Origin: an uncultured Acidobacteriota bacterium
GTDB taxonomy: Bacteria; Acidobacteriota; Vicinamibacteria; Fen-336
DNA: 64,000 bases
Assembly: GCA_963720545.1 (NCBI GenBank)
Contig: OY970399.1
Coordinates: 640,001-704,000, forward strand
Direction: 5' to 3'
Part shown: piece after piece, positions 30,880-41,706 of the stretch
Position numbering within the stretch: position 1 is the first letter of the stretch
Layout of the letters: each line of letters opens with the position of its first letter
The notes under the pieces: model-generated
The model's database searches: none
What the model saw: the letters and a program-made list of their open reading frames with translations, nothing else
Told to the model about the DNA's origin: nothing
Translations under genes and position numbers: made by a program

Positions 30880-31578
30880 CTATTTCTGCGGCGGTGTCAG
30901 CCCGTAGCTCATCGTCGGCCGGAAGCTGAGGATCTCGACCGTCAATTTCGCGACCAGGCTCGCCGTCTTCGCGGGAAGCGCCTGGCCGCGCGCGTCGCCG
31001 AGCAGCGCCGCGAGCGTTGGCCGGGCACGTAGCCGGACGTAGCGCGGGGCCGGGCCGCCGGCGATCATCCGATACCAAAGCGTCTCGCCTTCGAGCGCCG
31101 CCTGCTCCGCCGCAATACTGTCCTCGAATGCCTTGCCGGCGCCCGGCACGAGGTCGACGGTCGTGAATTCGAGGCGGGTGGCCGGCTGCGGTTGGCCGTC
31201 CCCCTTGGAGAGCGCCGGCAGGTATTCGAAGATGGCGTTGCCGGCGAAGCGCGCGTGCGGCGTGACGTTCGCGATGTTGTCGCGCTCGTCGTCCGCCGGC
31301 GCCACGGACTTGTCGAAGTCCGTGACTGCGTGGCCGAAGGTCGCGTAGACGAACCACCGCTGACGCTCGCCCGCCCACACGGTCCAGCCGGACCACGTCC
31401 AGGGATCCTGCGCCTGGCGATGCCAGTCCAGATGCCTGATGTAACCCGCCTCGAAGTCGACGGTATCGCCGTCGTGCGGCTCGAGCACGGCGATGCGTGC
31501 GTAGGAAACGTTCCCCGATTGCGCAGCGAGCAGCGTCGGCTGCGCCACCGCTAGGATCGCGAACACAATCTGTCTCAT
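30880..31578 (-). CDS. Secreted hypothetical protein (dimeric alpha/beta-barrel/NIPSNAP-like)
   Basis: Signal peptide; two internally similar halves (DFEAGY.. / AFEDSI..); divergent from MocR. Confidence 0.65.
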   Translation of the reverse strand: MRQIVFAILAVAQPTLLAAQSGNVSYARIAVLEPHDGDTVDFEAGYIRHLDWHRQAQDPWTWSGWTVWAGERQRWFVYATFGHAVTDFDKSVAPADDERDNIANVTPHARFAGNAIFEYLPALSKGDGQPQPATRLEFTTVDLVPGAGKAFEDSIAAEQAALEGETLWYRMIAGGPAPRYVRLRARPTLAALLGDARGQALPAKTASLVAKLTVEILSFRPTMSYGLTPPQK

Positions 31579-31678
31579 GGCGTCGATTAGACATATTGCC
31601 GGTCTGTGCCACAAGGGCCGCTTCTGAACTTATGCCTAGACCAGTGGTTTGACGCCGCACGCTACACTTGCGCTGGTG

Positions 31679-33148
31679 ATGCGCAACTCCTGGGAACCCG
31701 CAATTGCCGTGGATCGGACGGCCGCCCTTCCGCCGTTCCTCCAGATCGCACGGTCGTTGAGCGATGACATCAGGCGCGGCCGCCTGCGGCCCGGCGACCG
31801 GCTGCCCGGCAGCCGGCGGCTGGCCGCTAGCCTCAGCGTGCATCGCAACACCGTGCTCGCGGCGCTCGGCGAGCTGCTCGCCGAGGGTTGGCTTGCGGCG
31901 GCACCGGGACGGGGCACGTTCGTTGCCAAAGGCGCCGCCCTGACGAGCGCTCGCCGGTTCGCGCGACCGCCGGCGCCGGGAACCCGAGTAGCGGCGCGCA
32001 TGTCGCTGGCGCTCGCCGATGTTCCGGAGGCTTATCTCCCACCGGAGTTGCCGCGCGGGACACTCAACCTCAGCAACGGTGCGCCCGACGTGCGGCTGGT
32101 GCCCGCGCGCGAGTTGGGCCGGGCGTATCGGCGCGCCCTCGCGCTGCGCGGCAACGAGCTGCTCGCATATGGCGATCCCCGCGGCCACCCGGCGCTGCGC
32201 GCCGCACTCGCCGCGATGCTGGCCGACACCCGCGGGTTGCCGGCCGGTGCCGAAGACGTGTTCGTGACCCGCGGCGCGCAAATGGCGCTGACCCTTGTCG
32301 CGCGCGCCCTGGTTCGTCCGGGCGACACGATCGCGGTCGAGGAATTCGGATACCGGCCGGCATGGGAAGCGTTTCGCGCAGCGGGGGCGGAGATCGTTCC
32401 GGTCCCCATCGACGCTGAAGGCATCGATGTCGACGCGCTCACACGCCTCGCGTCACGCACAAGCCTGCGTGCCGTCTGCGTCACTCCCCACCATCAGTAT
32501 CCGACGACGGTGACGTTGAAGGCGCCGCGGCGCCTGGCGCTGCTGGCGCTCGCGCGCGAGCGGCGCTTCGCGGTCGTCGAGGACGATTACGACCACGAGT
32601 TCCACTACGACGGACGGCCGATGTTTCCGCTGGCGAGCGCCGACCCGGCGGGAGTGGTCGTGTACATCGGCACCCTGTCGAAGGTGCTGGCTCCGGGCCT
32701 GCGTGTCGGCTACATCGTCGCGCAGCCGGCGGTGCTGCGCAGCGTCACCGCGCTCCGCTCGCTGCTCGACATCCAGGGCGATCTCGCCACCGAGGCGGCG
32801 GTGGCCGCGCTCATCGAGGACGGCGGGCTGCAGCGCCATGTCGCGCGCGTGCGCCGCGTATACGCGAACCGTCGCGCCATCCTCGCCGCCAGCCTGCGCC
32901 GCACCTTCGGCGACGGCGCCGAGTTCTCCCTGGCTCCCGGCGGCATGGCGCTGTGGGTGCGCCTGCGGATGCCGATCGACGTCGAGGCGTGGGCGCGCCG
33001 CAGCATTGCCTACGGCGTCTCCTGGTACACCGGCCGCCGCTACGCCCTCGACGGCCGCCCCAAGCCGTTCGCGCGCATGAGCTTCGCCTGGCTCAACGAA
33101 CGCGAACTCCCGGAAGCCGTGCGACGCATGTACGCCGCACGGCGTTAG
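31679..33148 (+). CDS. MocR/GabR family PLP-dependent transcriptional regulator
   Basis: GntR HTH (RLPGSRRLAASLSVHRNTV) plus aminotransferase-like domain (TPHHQYPT, EDDYDHEF, GTLSKVLAPGLRVGY). Confidence 0.95.
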   Translation: MRNSWEPAIAVDRTAALPPFLQIARSLSDDIRRGRLRPGDRLPGSRRLAASLSVHRNTVLAALGELLAEGWLAAAPGRGTFVAKGAALTSARRFARPPAPGTRVAARMSLALADVPEAYLPPELPRGTLNLSNGAPDVRLVPARELGRAYRRALALRGNELLAYGDPRGHPALRAALAAMLADTRGLPAGAEDVFVTRGAQMALTLVARALVRPGDTIAVEEFGYRPAWEAFRAAGAEIVPVPIDAEGIDVDALTRLASRTSLRAVCVTPHHQYPTTVTLKAPRRLALLALARERRFAVVEDDYDHEFHYDGRPMFPLASADPAGVVVYIGTLSKVLAPGLRVGYIVAQPAVLRSVTALRSLLDIQGDLATEAAVAALIEDGGLQRHVARVRRVYANRRAILAASLRRTFGDGAEFSLAPGGMALWVRLRMPIDVEAWARRSIAYGVSWYTGRRYALDGRPKPFARMSFAWLNERELPEAVRRMYAARR

Positions 33149-33149
33149 C

Positions 33150-35810
33150 TCACTCGTTGCGCAGCGCCACCGCGGGATCGATGCGCGCCGCGCGCCGTGC
33201 CGGCAGGTAGCCGGCGCCAAGCGCGACCGCATTGAGCAGGAGCGCAACGGCGGCCAGCGTCAGCGGACCGCCGGCTTTCGCTCCATCGAACAAACTGAGC
33301 AGCAGCCGCACACTGGCAGCGGCGCCAATGAGACCGAGAACGGAGCCCGCCAGCGAAAGGCGCAGCGCCTGAGCGAGCACCGCGCGGACGACGCGACGGC
33401 GTTCGGCGCCCAGCGCGAGGCGGATCCCGATCTCGCTCGTGCGTTGGGCAACGCTGTACGACACTACGCCGTACAGGCCGACTGCCGCCAGCAGGATCGC
33501 GAGCCCGGCGAAGACCGCCAGGATCGCCGTCAACAAGCGAGCCTCGGCAAGCGACCGGTCGAGGACCTCGCGCAGGGGGTAGACACCAGCGACCGGGATG
33601 TGCCGGTTCACGGACTGCGCCACATCCTTCAGCACACCTGCGAACTTCGCAGCGTCGCCGTCGGTGCGGGCGACCAGGGTCAGGTGCCAGTCGGGCCCCT
33701 GCTGCTCCACCGCAAGGTAGATCTCCGGCCGGGCGGGCGTTCCGAGGCTCGCCTGGCGAACGTCGCCTGCGACTCCGACCACGGTGGCGACAATGGTCTT
33801 TTCGCCCGTTCCGGGCAGCATGATTTCCTGGCCCACGGCGTTCTCGTCGGGCCAGAAGCGGCGCGCTGCCGACTGGTTGACGACAATCGCCTGGCGGGCT
33901 CCCTCGCGATCGTCGGCGGTGAACTCACGGCCCGTGAGCACCGGGATCGACATGGTGCTGAAATAGCCGGCGCTCGCGATGTTGAAGTTGGCGCTCCAGG
34001 CTTCGTCGGGCGCCGGATCGGGACGACCCTTGATGTGAAAGTCGAGCGTGTCGGCTCCGCCGCTCAACGGCAGGCTGGCGACGAGAGCGCTCGAGCGCAC
34101 TCCCGGCACCACGCCGACGCGGGCGCGCACGTCCTCAAAATAGCGGAGCCGCTCGCGCCGGTTCGTTGCGATGCTGCCGGGCACCCAGGAATCGATCACC
34201 AGGACATGTTCGCTGGCAAGCGTCAATTCAGCGGGCCGCATCGCAAGCAGGCTGTTGAGGAGCGTGCCGGCTGCGGCAAGCAGGATCAGGGCGAGGCCTG
34301 TCTCGCCAACGATCAGGAGCGCCTGCATGCGGCGATTCCGGCGGCTCGAGATCGTGCGGCTCGACTCGCGCAGCCCCTTCGCAAGGCCTGGGGCCGCGTC
34401 GCTCAGCGCGGGCGCGACACCGAACAACAGGCCGCTGACGACGCACACGGCCAAGGTGATGGCGAGTACTGTCGGGTCCACGTGCGCGCTCTCGATGCGC
34501 GACACCTTGAAGTTGGCGCTGAGCCCCAGCACCAGGATCCGGGTGCCCCACGTGGATAGAAGCAATCCGACGGCACCGCCGCAGAGCGACAGAAGCAGGC
34601 TCTCGGCGACGAGCTGCTGAAGGATGCGCCAGCGGCTGGCGCCGAGCGCGGCGCGCAGGGCGAGTTCCCGATGTCGGGTGGAATGGCGCGCCAGCACCAG
34701 GTTGACGACGTTCGCGCACGCGATCAGCAGGACGATGAAGACGACGCCCAGGACAACCAGCAGCCCGGTTCGCGCATCGCCGGCGACGGCTCTCGCGAGC
34801 GGCACCACGTTGGCGCCGACTCCTTCGTTGGTGTCGGGGTTCGCCGCGGCGATGCGCGCAGTGATCGCGTCCATCTCCACTTGCGCAGCCTGTCGGTCGA
34901 TCCCGTGCTGCAACCGGCCGATGACGCGCAGGAAGCTGTGGCCACGCTTGAAATCGACGGGCCGCGGCACGTACACCTGCTCGCTGCCGATCGTGGAGAA
35001 CTCGAAGCCCGCGGGCAGAACACCGACGATCGTGCGCCGCTCCTCGTTGATGACGATGTCCTTGCCGATGACGTCGGGGCCCCTGCCAAATCGCGACTGC
35101 CACAACGAATCGGCGATGAGCGCCACCGGCGGCGCACCGGGTGCGGTATCCGCATCGAGAAACGTGCGGCCGCGCGCCGGCGCCACACCCAGGACCTCGA
35201 AAAAGCCCGGCGTCGCCTGCAGGGCCGTCACCAGCTCGGCGCGATCGACGCCGTCGATGGTTACAGTGCGGCTCGTGTATGCCGCGAGTCGGGTAAACGA
35301 CTTCGCCGCGGCGCGCCACTCGGCGAAGTCCGCGTAGGAGGCGACGTCTTCCCGGTCGCCGGCAGATTCGTTCGTGGCCCACACGTGCACCAGGCGTTCC
35401 TGCTCGGGATAGGGCAAGGGCTGCAGGACGACGGCGTTCACGACGCTGAAGATGGCTGTGTTGGCGCCGATGCCAAGGCCGAGAGTGAGCACCGCGACCG
35501 TGGTGAAAGCACGATTCTTGCGCAGGGCGCGCGCGCCGTAGCGAAAATCCTGGAGGAGGTGTGCCAGTGCCGGGTAGCCGCGCCGGTCGCGGCACTCTTC
35601 GGCGATCCCCGGCAGGCTGCCGAGCGCAAGGACTGCCTGCCGGCGCGCTTCCTCGGGGGTCATGCCCGCGCGCACGTTGTCGTCCGCGTGCATCCGCAGG
35701 TGCGACTCCAGCTCCTCGTCGAACTCCCGCCCGGGGCGTGCCCCGAGGAAAAGCCCGCGCACTCTTGCGAGCACCGAACGAAGGCGAGCCGCGATTCGGT
35801 CCCAGGCCAT
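33150..35810 (-). CDS. ADOP-family duplicated ABC permease (MacB/FtsX-like)
   Basis: [18 protein letters not shown] prefix; [66 protein letters not shown]. Confidence 0.95.
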   Translation of the reverse strand: MAWDRIAARLRSVLARVRGLFLGARPGREFDEELESHLRMHADDNVRAGMTPEEARRQAVLALGSLPGIAEECRDRRGYPALAHLLQDFRYGARALRKNRAFTTVAVLTLGLGIGANTAIFSVVNAVVLQPLPYPEQERLVHVWATNESAGDREDVASYADFAEWRAAAKSFTRLAAYTSRTVTIDGVDRAELVTALQATPGFFEVLGVAPARGRTFLDADTAPGAPPVALIADSLWQSRFGRGPDVIGKDIVINEERRTIVGVLPAGFEFSTIGSEQVYVPRPVDFKRGHSFLRVIGRLQHGIDRQAAQVEMDAITARIAAANPDTNEGVGANVVPLARAVAGDARTGLLVVLGVVFIVLLIACANVVNLVLARHSTRHRELALRAALGASRWRILQQLVAESLLLSLCGGAVGLLLSTWGTRILVLGLSANFKVSRIESAHVDPTVLAITLAVCVVSGLLFGVAPALSDAAPGLAKGLRESSRTISSRRNRRMQALLIVGETGLALILLAAAGTLLNSLLAMRPAELTLASEHVLVIDSWVPGSIATNRRERLRYFEDVRARVGVVPGVRSSALVASLPLSGGADTLDFHIKGRPDPAPDEAWSANFNIASAGYFSTMSIPVLTGREFTADDREGARQAIVVNQSAARRFWPDENAVGQEIMLPGTGEKTIVATVVGVAGDVRQASLGTPARPEIYLAVEQQGPDWHLTLVARTDGDAAKFAGVLKDVAQSVNRHIPVAGVYPLREVLDRSLAEARLLTAILAVFAGLAILLAAVGLYGVVSYSVAQRTSEIGIRLALGAERRRVVRAVLAQALRLSLAGSVLGLIGAAASVRLLLSLFDGAKAGGPLTLAAVALLLNAVALGAGYLPARRAARIDPAVALRNE

Positions 35811-35880
35811 GCGCAGGTGAAGCCTCTCACACCTTCCTATGGGAACGCAATAGGAGAAGACAGGTACGGCGCTCCCGGCG

Positions 35881-36795
35881 CTAACGCTTCGCGTCGGGGC
35901 GCAGGAAGGTGCCTTCGTCGAGCTGTTCGAAGGCGTGCTGCAGCTCTTCCTGGGTGTTCATCACCACCGGGCCGTACCAGGCGACCGGTTCGCCGAGCGG
36001 CTGCCCGGAGATGAGCAGGAAGCGGATCCCCTCCTCGCCTGCCTGCACTTCGACCTCGTCGCCCGAGTCGAAGAGTACGAGCGAGCGGTTGTCGGCACGG
36101 GCAGGCGGCTTCGAGTCGGCCCAACGGTCGGGCTCCGTGGGGACGGCAAGCGGCGAGGAGGCGTTGCAGAACTTGCCGTGGCCGTCGAACACGTAGGCGA
36201 AAGCGTGGCTGGTCGTTTCCACCGGCAGGCGCTTCCTCTTGCCCGCCGGGATCGAGACGTCGAGGTACACCGGCCTGGCGGCGACGTCTTCCACCGGTCC
36301 GCCGATGCCGCGGTAGCTGCCGCAGACGATGCGCACCGAGGTGCCGTCGTCGTCTTGTGCCACCGGCACATCCTGCGATTTCACTTCCTGGTAGCGCGGC
36401 GCCGTCATCTTCAGTGAGGACGGCAGGTTCGCCCACAGCTGGAAGCCGTGCATGCGTCCGTCGGCGTCGCCTTTCGGCATCTCCTGGTGGATGATGCCGC
36501 GGCCGGCGGTCATCCACTGGATGTCGCCCGCGCCGATCGTGCCGTTGTTGCCCATGCTGTCGCCGTGCTCGACCGTGCCGGCGAGGACATACGTGATCGT
36601 CTCCATGCCGCGGTGCGGGTGCCACGGAAACCCGGCGAGGTAGTCCTCGGGCCGCTCATTGCGGAAATCGTCGAGCAGCAGGAAGGGATCGTAGTCGGCG
36701 GTGGTGCCGAAACCGAACGCGCGGCGCAGCCGCACGCCGGCGCCTTCCAGCGTCGGCTTGGCCTGCACCAGTTTCTTCACGGGTCGGATCGCCAT
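35881..36795 (-). CDS. Pirin family protein
   Basis: [51 protein letters not shown]. Confidence 0.96.
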   Translation of the reverse strand: MAIRPVKKLVQAKPTLEGAGVRLRRAFGFGTTADYDPFLLLDDFRNERPEDYLAGFPWHPHRGMETITYVLAGTVEHGDSMGNNGTIGAGDIQWMTAGRGIIHQEMPKGDADGRMHGFQLWANLPSSLKMTAPRYQEVKSQDVPVAQDDDGTSVRIVCGSYRGIGGPVEDVAARPVYLDVSIPAGKRKRLPVETTSHAFAYVFDGHGKFCNASSPLAVPTEPDRWADSKPPARADNRSLVLFDSGDEVEVQAGEEGIRFLLISGQPLGEPVAWYGPVVMNTQEELQHAFEQLDEGTFLRPDAKR

Positions 36796-36870
36796 GGGAA
36801 CTCCTTCAGCCCAATTGTTCCATTTTCAGGAGTACATTGTGCCGGCCACAAATCCAAGAAGGAGTCAGCC

Positions 36871-37335
36871 ATGAAGTCGAAGACGATCCTGCTGTCGCTG
36901 GGCGTTCTCTTCGCGGGCGTAGCCGTGTGCATCGCGGCGGACGCGCAACTGGGTACCTGGAAGCTGAACGAGGCGAAGTCGACGATCCCTGCGGGGGCGG
37001 TGAAGAACACCACCGTCGTCTACGCGGCCGAAGGCGACAACGTGAAGATCACGGTGGACGGCGTGGATAGCGACGGCAAGCCGGCGCACAACGAGTGGAC
37101 GGGCAAATTCGATGGCAAGGATTACCCGATTGCCGGCGATCCGACTGCCGATGCGCGCGCCTACACCAAGGTGGACGAGCGGACGCTGGAATTCAAGAAC
37201 AAGAAGGGTGGCAAGGCAGTCGCGGCGGGGCGCGTCAGCATCTCGGCCGACGGCAAGACCCGCACGGTGACGATCGACGCTACCACCGGGACAGGCGCCA
37301 AGGTCAGCAGCAAGTCGGTATTCGACAAGCAGTAG
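36871..37335 (+). CDS. Secreted lipocalin-like hypothetical protein
   Basis: AAGGAG SD; signal peptide; GTWKLNEAKS, KFDGKDYP, SADGKTRTVT, VFDKQ. Confidence 0.82.
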   Translation: MKSKTILLSLGVLFAGVAVCIAADAQLGTWKLNEAKSTIPAGAVKNTTVVYAAEGDNVKITVDGVDSDGKPAHNEWTGKFDGKDYPIAGDPTADARAYTKVDERTLEFKNKKGGKAVAAGRVSISADGKTRTVTIDATTGTGAKVSSKSVFDKQ

Positions 37336-37463
37336 TCGATGCATCGGCCGGCGCCGCTGATGACTTCTTCGCCATCCACGGCGTCGGCCATCCAACTAGG
37401 GTCGCGTCGCGCCTACCGCGGAACTGAACCGATCGTCGGCCTCCGCGACGCCGGGGTAACTGC

Positions 37464-38171
37464 CTATCGCGGGGCGATGCGATCCGCGAGGGTGTCGTGG
37501 TGGAACGAGGAGTGTTCCCGAACCTCGGCCCAGCCGTTGCCGCCCGCGGCCGCGGCCGCTGCCTGATCGGCGCCGAAGTCCTGCCATGAATTGTGGCGAG
37601 TGATCGACAAGAACTGCCACGCCCCGCCTTCGAGGTGTTGCAGGAGAACCTGGCTGCTCGCAATCTTGGAGGCTGGGTTGGGCGGCTGGCTCAGGATTTT
37701 TTCGAGCGCGGCGCGGTGTCCGGGGTACGAGCGGTGCACGGCGACGGTGTAGACCGAGTCCTTCGTCCCCTCGACGCCCACGCCCATTGCCTTCGCAAAC
37801 TCGCCCCAGGCCGGCCCGGCGACGAATGTGTCGTTGTGCCAGGCACGCAACTCCGGTCCGGCGCTAGGCGGGGCTGCCGGGATGGCGACGGTAGCCTTCG
37901 TCCCGAGGTGCTCGACGACAACATAGTCCCAGTCATCGCCGTCCTGGTGACGCAGGACAAGGAAGTGTCCCGGCATCGGCGAGCCCGCGGGCTGGGTCTC
38001 GAGCTGCTTGCCGAGCGCGGACGCCTGTCCCGCGGCGGCTTTGGTGAAATGAACGTGGTAGATGTCCGTCGGCGCGGTATCGACTGCCGTTGCCGTGGTC
38101 TGCGCGCTGCCCGCCGCAGCGCCGGCGAAAACAACCGCGATGGCCAGAGTCGGGGCACAAAAGTGATGCAT
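37464..38171 (-). CDS. Secreted hypothetical protein with two repeated domains
   Basis: GGAGG SD; signal peptide; LVLRHQDGDDWD..WHNDTF repeated as LLQHLEGGAWQ..FHHDTL. Confidence 0.75.
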   Translation of the reverse strand: MHHFCAPTLAIAVVFAGAAAGSAQTTATAVDTAPTDIYHVHFTKAAAGQASALGKQLETQPAGSPMPGHFLVLRHQDGDDWDYVVVEHLGTKATVAIPAAPPSAGPELRAWHNDTFVAGPAWGEFAKAMGVGVEGTKDSVYTVAVHRSYPGHRAALEKILSQPPNPASKIASSQVLLQHLEGGAWQFLSITRHNSWQDFGADQAAAAAAGGNGWAEVREHSSFHHDTLADRIAPR

Positions 38172-38523
38172 GAGGCCTGCCTCCTGTTTTTTGAATTGAG
38201 TGGCGGAGCACGATACGTCGGCGGAATCTAAAACGTCAAGGAATGGCTTGCACTACGCAAGACAAACAGTGCCAATGGATACGCCAGCACCGGATTCCGA
38301 ACTCGGAAGAGACTCGGAAACTAGTGTCACGCTCGCGCGCGCTCTTGAGGAGGTCCGCGTTGTGTAGGCCTTCCCACTGCCTACGACCAGGATGAAGCCG
38401 TCGAGACGAATGTCCTGCCTCCCAAACGCATAGACGTTGATTGTGGACTGCGGGGATCCGTCGCCGGTGGCGGATTTCGGACATTCGCAGGGACCTGCGG
38501 AAGGGAACCACTAGAATCGCGCG

Positions 38524-39564
38524 GTGAATCCGCCCCGCAAGATACCGCCCGGTGAATGGGCCGAATGGGACGACCAGCGCCTGCTCGACTTGCGCCTGTG
38601 CGACCTCGACATCGCGATTGAAGGCTCCGACCTCGAAGAGCGCATCGCCGAGCTGAACCGCGAGCTCGAGGCGCGCAGCCTCGAGTTCCGCCCGCACTTC
38701 TGGCTCGCCGACGAGTGGTTCTGCCCGGACGGCGTGCCCGGCATCGCGGTGCCCTTCTACCTCGCCCATCCACGGCTCGCCCGCCTCGAGATGTCGCAGA
38801 TGCTCGAAGTCGAGGGCGGCACGCGCGAGAGCTGCCTGCAGATCCTGCGCCACGAAGCCGGCCACGCGATCGAGAACGCCTACGAGTTGCGCGCGCGCAC
38901 GCGCCGCCAGGAGCTGTTCGGCCGCACCAGCGTTCCCTATCCCGATTCGTACGCGCCCAAGCCGCACAGCCGCAGCTTTGTGCAGCACCTGAACGGCTGG
39001 TACGCGCAGGCGCACCCCGACGAGGATTTCGCGGAAACCTTTGCCGTGTGGCTCACGCCCGGAATCAACTGGCGGGAGCGCTACGCCGGGTGGCCGGTGT
39101 TGCGCAAGCTGGAGTACGTGGACAAGGTCACCGCCGGGTTGCGCGGCAAGCCGCAGAAAGTGAAGACGCGGCGCACCCAGGACGCGCTGCACACCATCCG
39201 CCGCACGCTGCGCCGCCACTACCAGCGGCGCCGCGCGCACTACGGCGTGGTGCATCCGGACGCGTACGACCGCGCGCTGCGCAGCCTGTTTGCGTTGCCG
39301 CCTTCCGACCCGGCCGCCGCCGGCCAGCCGGCCGCGGTGTTCCTCTCGCGCATCCGCCGCGCGGTGCGCCGGCGTGTGCAGCGCTGGACGGGAGAGTACG
39401 CTTACGCCATCGACCGCACGCTGGAGGACATCATCGAGCGCTGCCGCACCCTCGATCTGCGTGTCAGCAAGTCCGAGGCCGAGACCGAACTGCAGTTCAC
39501 CGCGTTCGTCACGGCGCAAGCGGTTGCGCAATTGCACCGCTCGCGCAAGCGGGTGCCGCTGTGA
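38524..39564 (+). CDS. Putative zinc-binding metallopeptidase
   Basis: LRHEAGHA (HExxH) and YAQAHPDEDFAETFAVW third-ligand motif. Confidence 0.85.
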   Translation: MNPPRKIPPGEWAEWDDQRLLDLRLCDLDIAIEGSDLEERIAELNRELEARSLEFRPHFWLADEWFCPDGVPGIAVPFYLAHPRLARLEMSQMLEVEGGTRESCLQILRHEAGHAIENAYELRARTRRQELFGRTSVPYPDSYAPKPHSRSFVQHLNGWYAQAHPDEDFAETFAVWLTPGINWRERYAGWPVLRKLEYVDKVTAGLRGKPQKVKTRRTQDALHTIRRTLRRHYQRRRAHYGVVHPDAYDRALRSLFALPPSDPAAAGQPAAVFLSRIRRAVRRRVQRWTGEYAYAIDRTLEDIIERCRTLDLRVSKSEAETELQFTAFVTAQAVAQLHRSRKRVPL

Positions 39565-40604
39565 AGAAGGCGGTGGCGGCCGCCCACAAGCTGCGGGTGC
39601 TGGCGCTCTTCCATCATGCGCTGGTGCCGCCGGAGGACGCGACCGAGAAGGAAGCGCGGCCCTCGGAATGGAAGACCGAGTTCGACGTGATGCGCGCGCT
39701 GCGGAACCTCGGCCATGAAGTGATGCCGCTCGGCGTCGGCGACGATCTCGGGGCCATCCGCAAGGCAGTCGAGGAGTTCAAGCCCGACATCGCCTTCAAC
39801 CTGCTCGAGGGCTTCGACGACGTGCCGATCTGGGACCAGAACATCGTCGCGCACCTGGAGCTGCTGAAGATCCGCTACACCGGCTGCAACTCGCGCGGCA
39901 TGCTGCTGTCGCGCGACAAGGCGATCGCGAAGAAGCTGCTCTCCTACCACCGCATCCCGGTCGCGGACTTCGCCGTGTTTCCCGCCGGGCGCCCGGTGCG
40001 CCGGCCCAAGCGGCTCGCCTTTCCGTTGATCGTGAAGTCGCTGACGCTCGACGCCTCCATCGGCATCTCACAGGCCTCGGTCGTCGAGAACGACGACGCG
40101 CTGCAGGAGCGGGTGCGCTTCATCCACGAGAGCATCGACACCGACGCCCTGGTCGAGACCTACGTCGAGGGCCGCGAGGTGTACGTCGGCCTCATCGGCA
40201 ATGAGCGCCTGACGGTGCTGCCCATCTGGGAGCTGCTCTTCACCAAGATGCCGGAAGACCAGCGCCGCATCGCGACGGAGCGGCTCAAGTGGAGCCTCAA
40301 GTACCAGAAGAAGCACGGCATCGTCAGCGCCGAGGCGAAGGAGCTGCCCGAAGGCGCGGCCGCCCGCATCCAGGCGATGTGCAAGCGCGTCTACCGCAGC
40401 CTGATGCTGACCGGCTACGCGCGCATCGACCTGCGGCTGCGCGACGACGGCTCGATGTGCGTGATCGAGGCGAACCCCAACCCGCAGCTGTCGCGCGACG
40501 AGGACTTCGCGCTCTCGGCGCGCGCCATGGGCGTCGAATACGAGCGCCTGATCCAGCGCCTGCTGGTGCTCGGGATGCGCTGGGAGCCGAGCAGCGTCGG
40601 CTAG
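39561..40604 (+). CDS. ATP-grasp enzyme, D-Ala-D-Ala ligase-like
   Basis: AFNLLE, YTGCN..LSRDKAIAK, FPLIVKS..DASIGI, ETYVEGRE, ARIDLRL, IEANPNP; GTGA overlap with peptidase. Confidence 0.9.
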   Translation: MKKAVAAAHKLRVLALFHHALVPPEDATEKEARPSEWKTEFDVMRALRNLGHEVMPLGVGDDLGAIRKAVEEFKPDIAFNLLEGFDDVPIWDQNIVAHLELLKIRYTGCNSRGMLLSRDKAIAKKLLSYHRIPVADFAVFPAGRPVRRPKRLAFPLIVKSLTLDASIGISQASVVENDDALQERVRFIHESIDTDALVETYVEGREVYVGLIGNERLTVLPIWELLFTKMPEDQRRIATERLKWSLKYQKKHGIVSAEAKELPEGAAARIQAMCKRVYRSLMLTGYARIDLRLRDDGSMCVIEANPNPQLSRDEDFALSARAMGVEYERLIQRLLVLGMRWEPSSVG

Positions 40605-40613
40605 GATGGTTCG

Positions 40614-41696
40614 ATGCTGACCACAGCTGCCGCTGCGGCGCTCACGGGCGTGCTGGCGCTCGGCGCCAACGCGAGCGCCCAGCAGTCGTCGCCCTCACCT
40701 GCTCCCGCGGCATCACCAGCTCCTTCCCCGGCGCCGTCGGTTTCACCCGAGGTTGAGGGACGCGCGTCGTTCGCCGCCTTCCTCGGCGAGGTCCGCACCG
40801 AGGCGCTAGCGGCGGGCATCCGCGCGGAGACGCTCGACAGCGCGCTCACCGGGGTTGAGTTCCTGCCAACCGTCCTCGACCGCGACCGCGCGCAAACCGA
40901 GTTCGTCCTCAGCTTCGACGACTACATCAAGAAGCGGCTCGTGCCGGAGACGATCAAGAAGGCCAACGAAATGTACACGCTGCACCGCGACGTGCTGCGC
41001 GACGTCGGCGCCGCCTACGGAGTTGCGCCGCGCTTCCTGGTGGCGGTCTGGGGGCTGGAGTCGCAATTCGGCGCCTTCGCGGGCGTGCGGCCGACGATCC
41101 CGACGCTGGCAACGCTCGCGTACGAATCGCGGCGCGCACCGTTCTTCCGTGCGCAGCTCATGGACGCCCTGCGCATCGTCGACCGGGGCGACATCACGCT
41201 CGGCGAGCTCAAGGGTTCCTGGGCGGGCGCTCTGGGACAGCCGCAGTTCCTGCCGAGCATCTACCTGCGCATCGCGCAGGATTTCGACAAGGACGGGCGC
41301 CGCGACATCTGGAACACGCCCGCCGACGTGTTCGCGTCGATTGCCGCGTACCTGAAGGAGCACGGCTGGCAGGACCGCGACGGCTGGGGACAGGAAGTGA
41401 AGGGCCCACCGGTGGCGTTCGCGCGCATCGCGCGCGAGATCGACAAGCGCGAGAGCGGCTGTGCCGCGCGCCGCGCCATGACGGAGGCGCTCACCATGAC
41501 GCGCTGGCGCGCGCTCGGCGTGCGCACCGCGGCCAATCGCTCGCTGCCGCGCACCCGGCGCACCGCGTCGCTGGTGCGCGCCGGCAAGCGCAACTTCCTG
41601 GTGTCGCCGAACTACGACGCCATCCTTTCCTATAACTGCGCGCAGTCCTACGCCCTCAGCGTCGTGCTGCTCGCCGACCGCATCAAGGAGCGCTGA
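40614..41696 (+). CDS. Lytic murein transglycosylase, MltB family
   Basis: AVWGLESQFG, GSWAGALGQPQFLPS, DFDKDGRRDIW, ILSYNCAQSYA; signal peptide. Confidence 0.93.
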   Translation: MLTTAAAAALTGVLALGANASAQQSSPSPAPAASPAPSPAPSVSPEVEGRASFAAFLGEVRTEALAAGIRAETLDSALTGVEFLPTVLDRDRAQTEFVLSFDDYIKKRLVPETIKKANEMYTLHRDVLRDVGAAYGVAPRFLVAVWGLESQFGAFAGVRPTIPTLATLAYESRRAPFFRAQLMDALRIVDRGDITLGELKGSWAGALGQPQFLPSIYLRIAQDFDKDGRRDIWNTPADVFASIAAYLKEHGWQDRDGWGQEVKGPPVAFARIAREIDKRESGCAARRAMTEALTMTRWRALGVRTAANRSLPRTRRTASLVRAGKRNFLVSPNYDAILSYNCAQSYALSVVLLADRIKER

Positions 41697-41706
41697 GGCG
41701 CGCGCG

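Noticed and set aside
38243..38432. Short ORFs upstream of the peptidase/ATP-grasp pair as a RiPP precursor
   Set aside because: No convincing SD or graspetide leader/core motif, and the ligase looks Ddl-like rather than RimK/MvdD-like.
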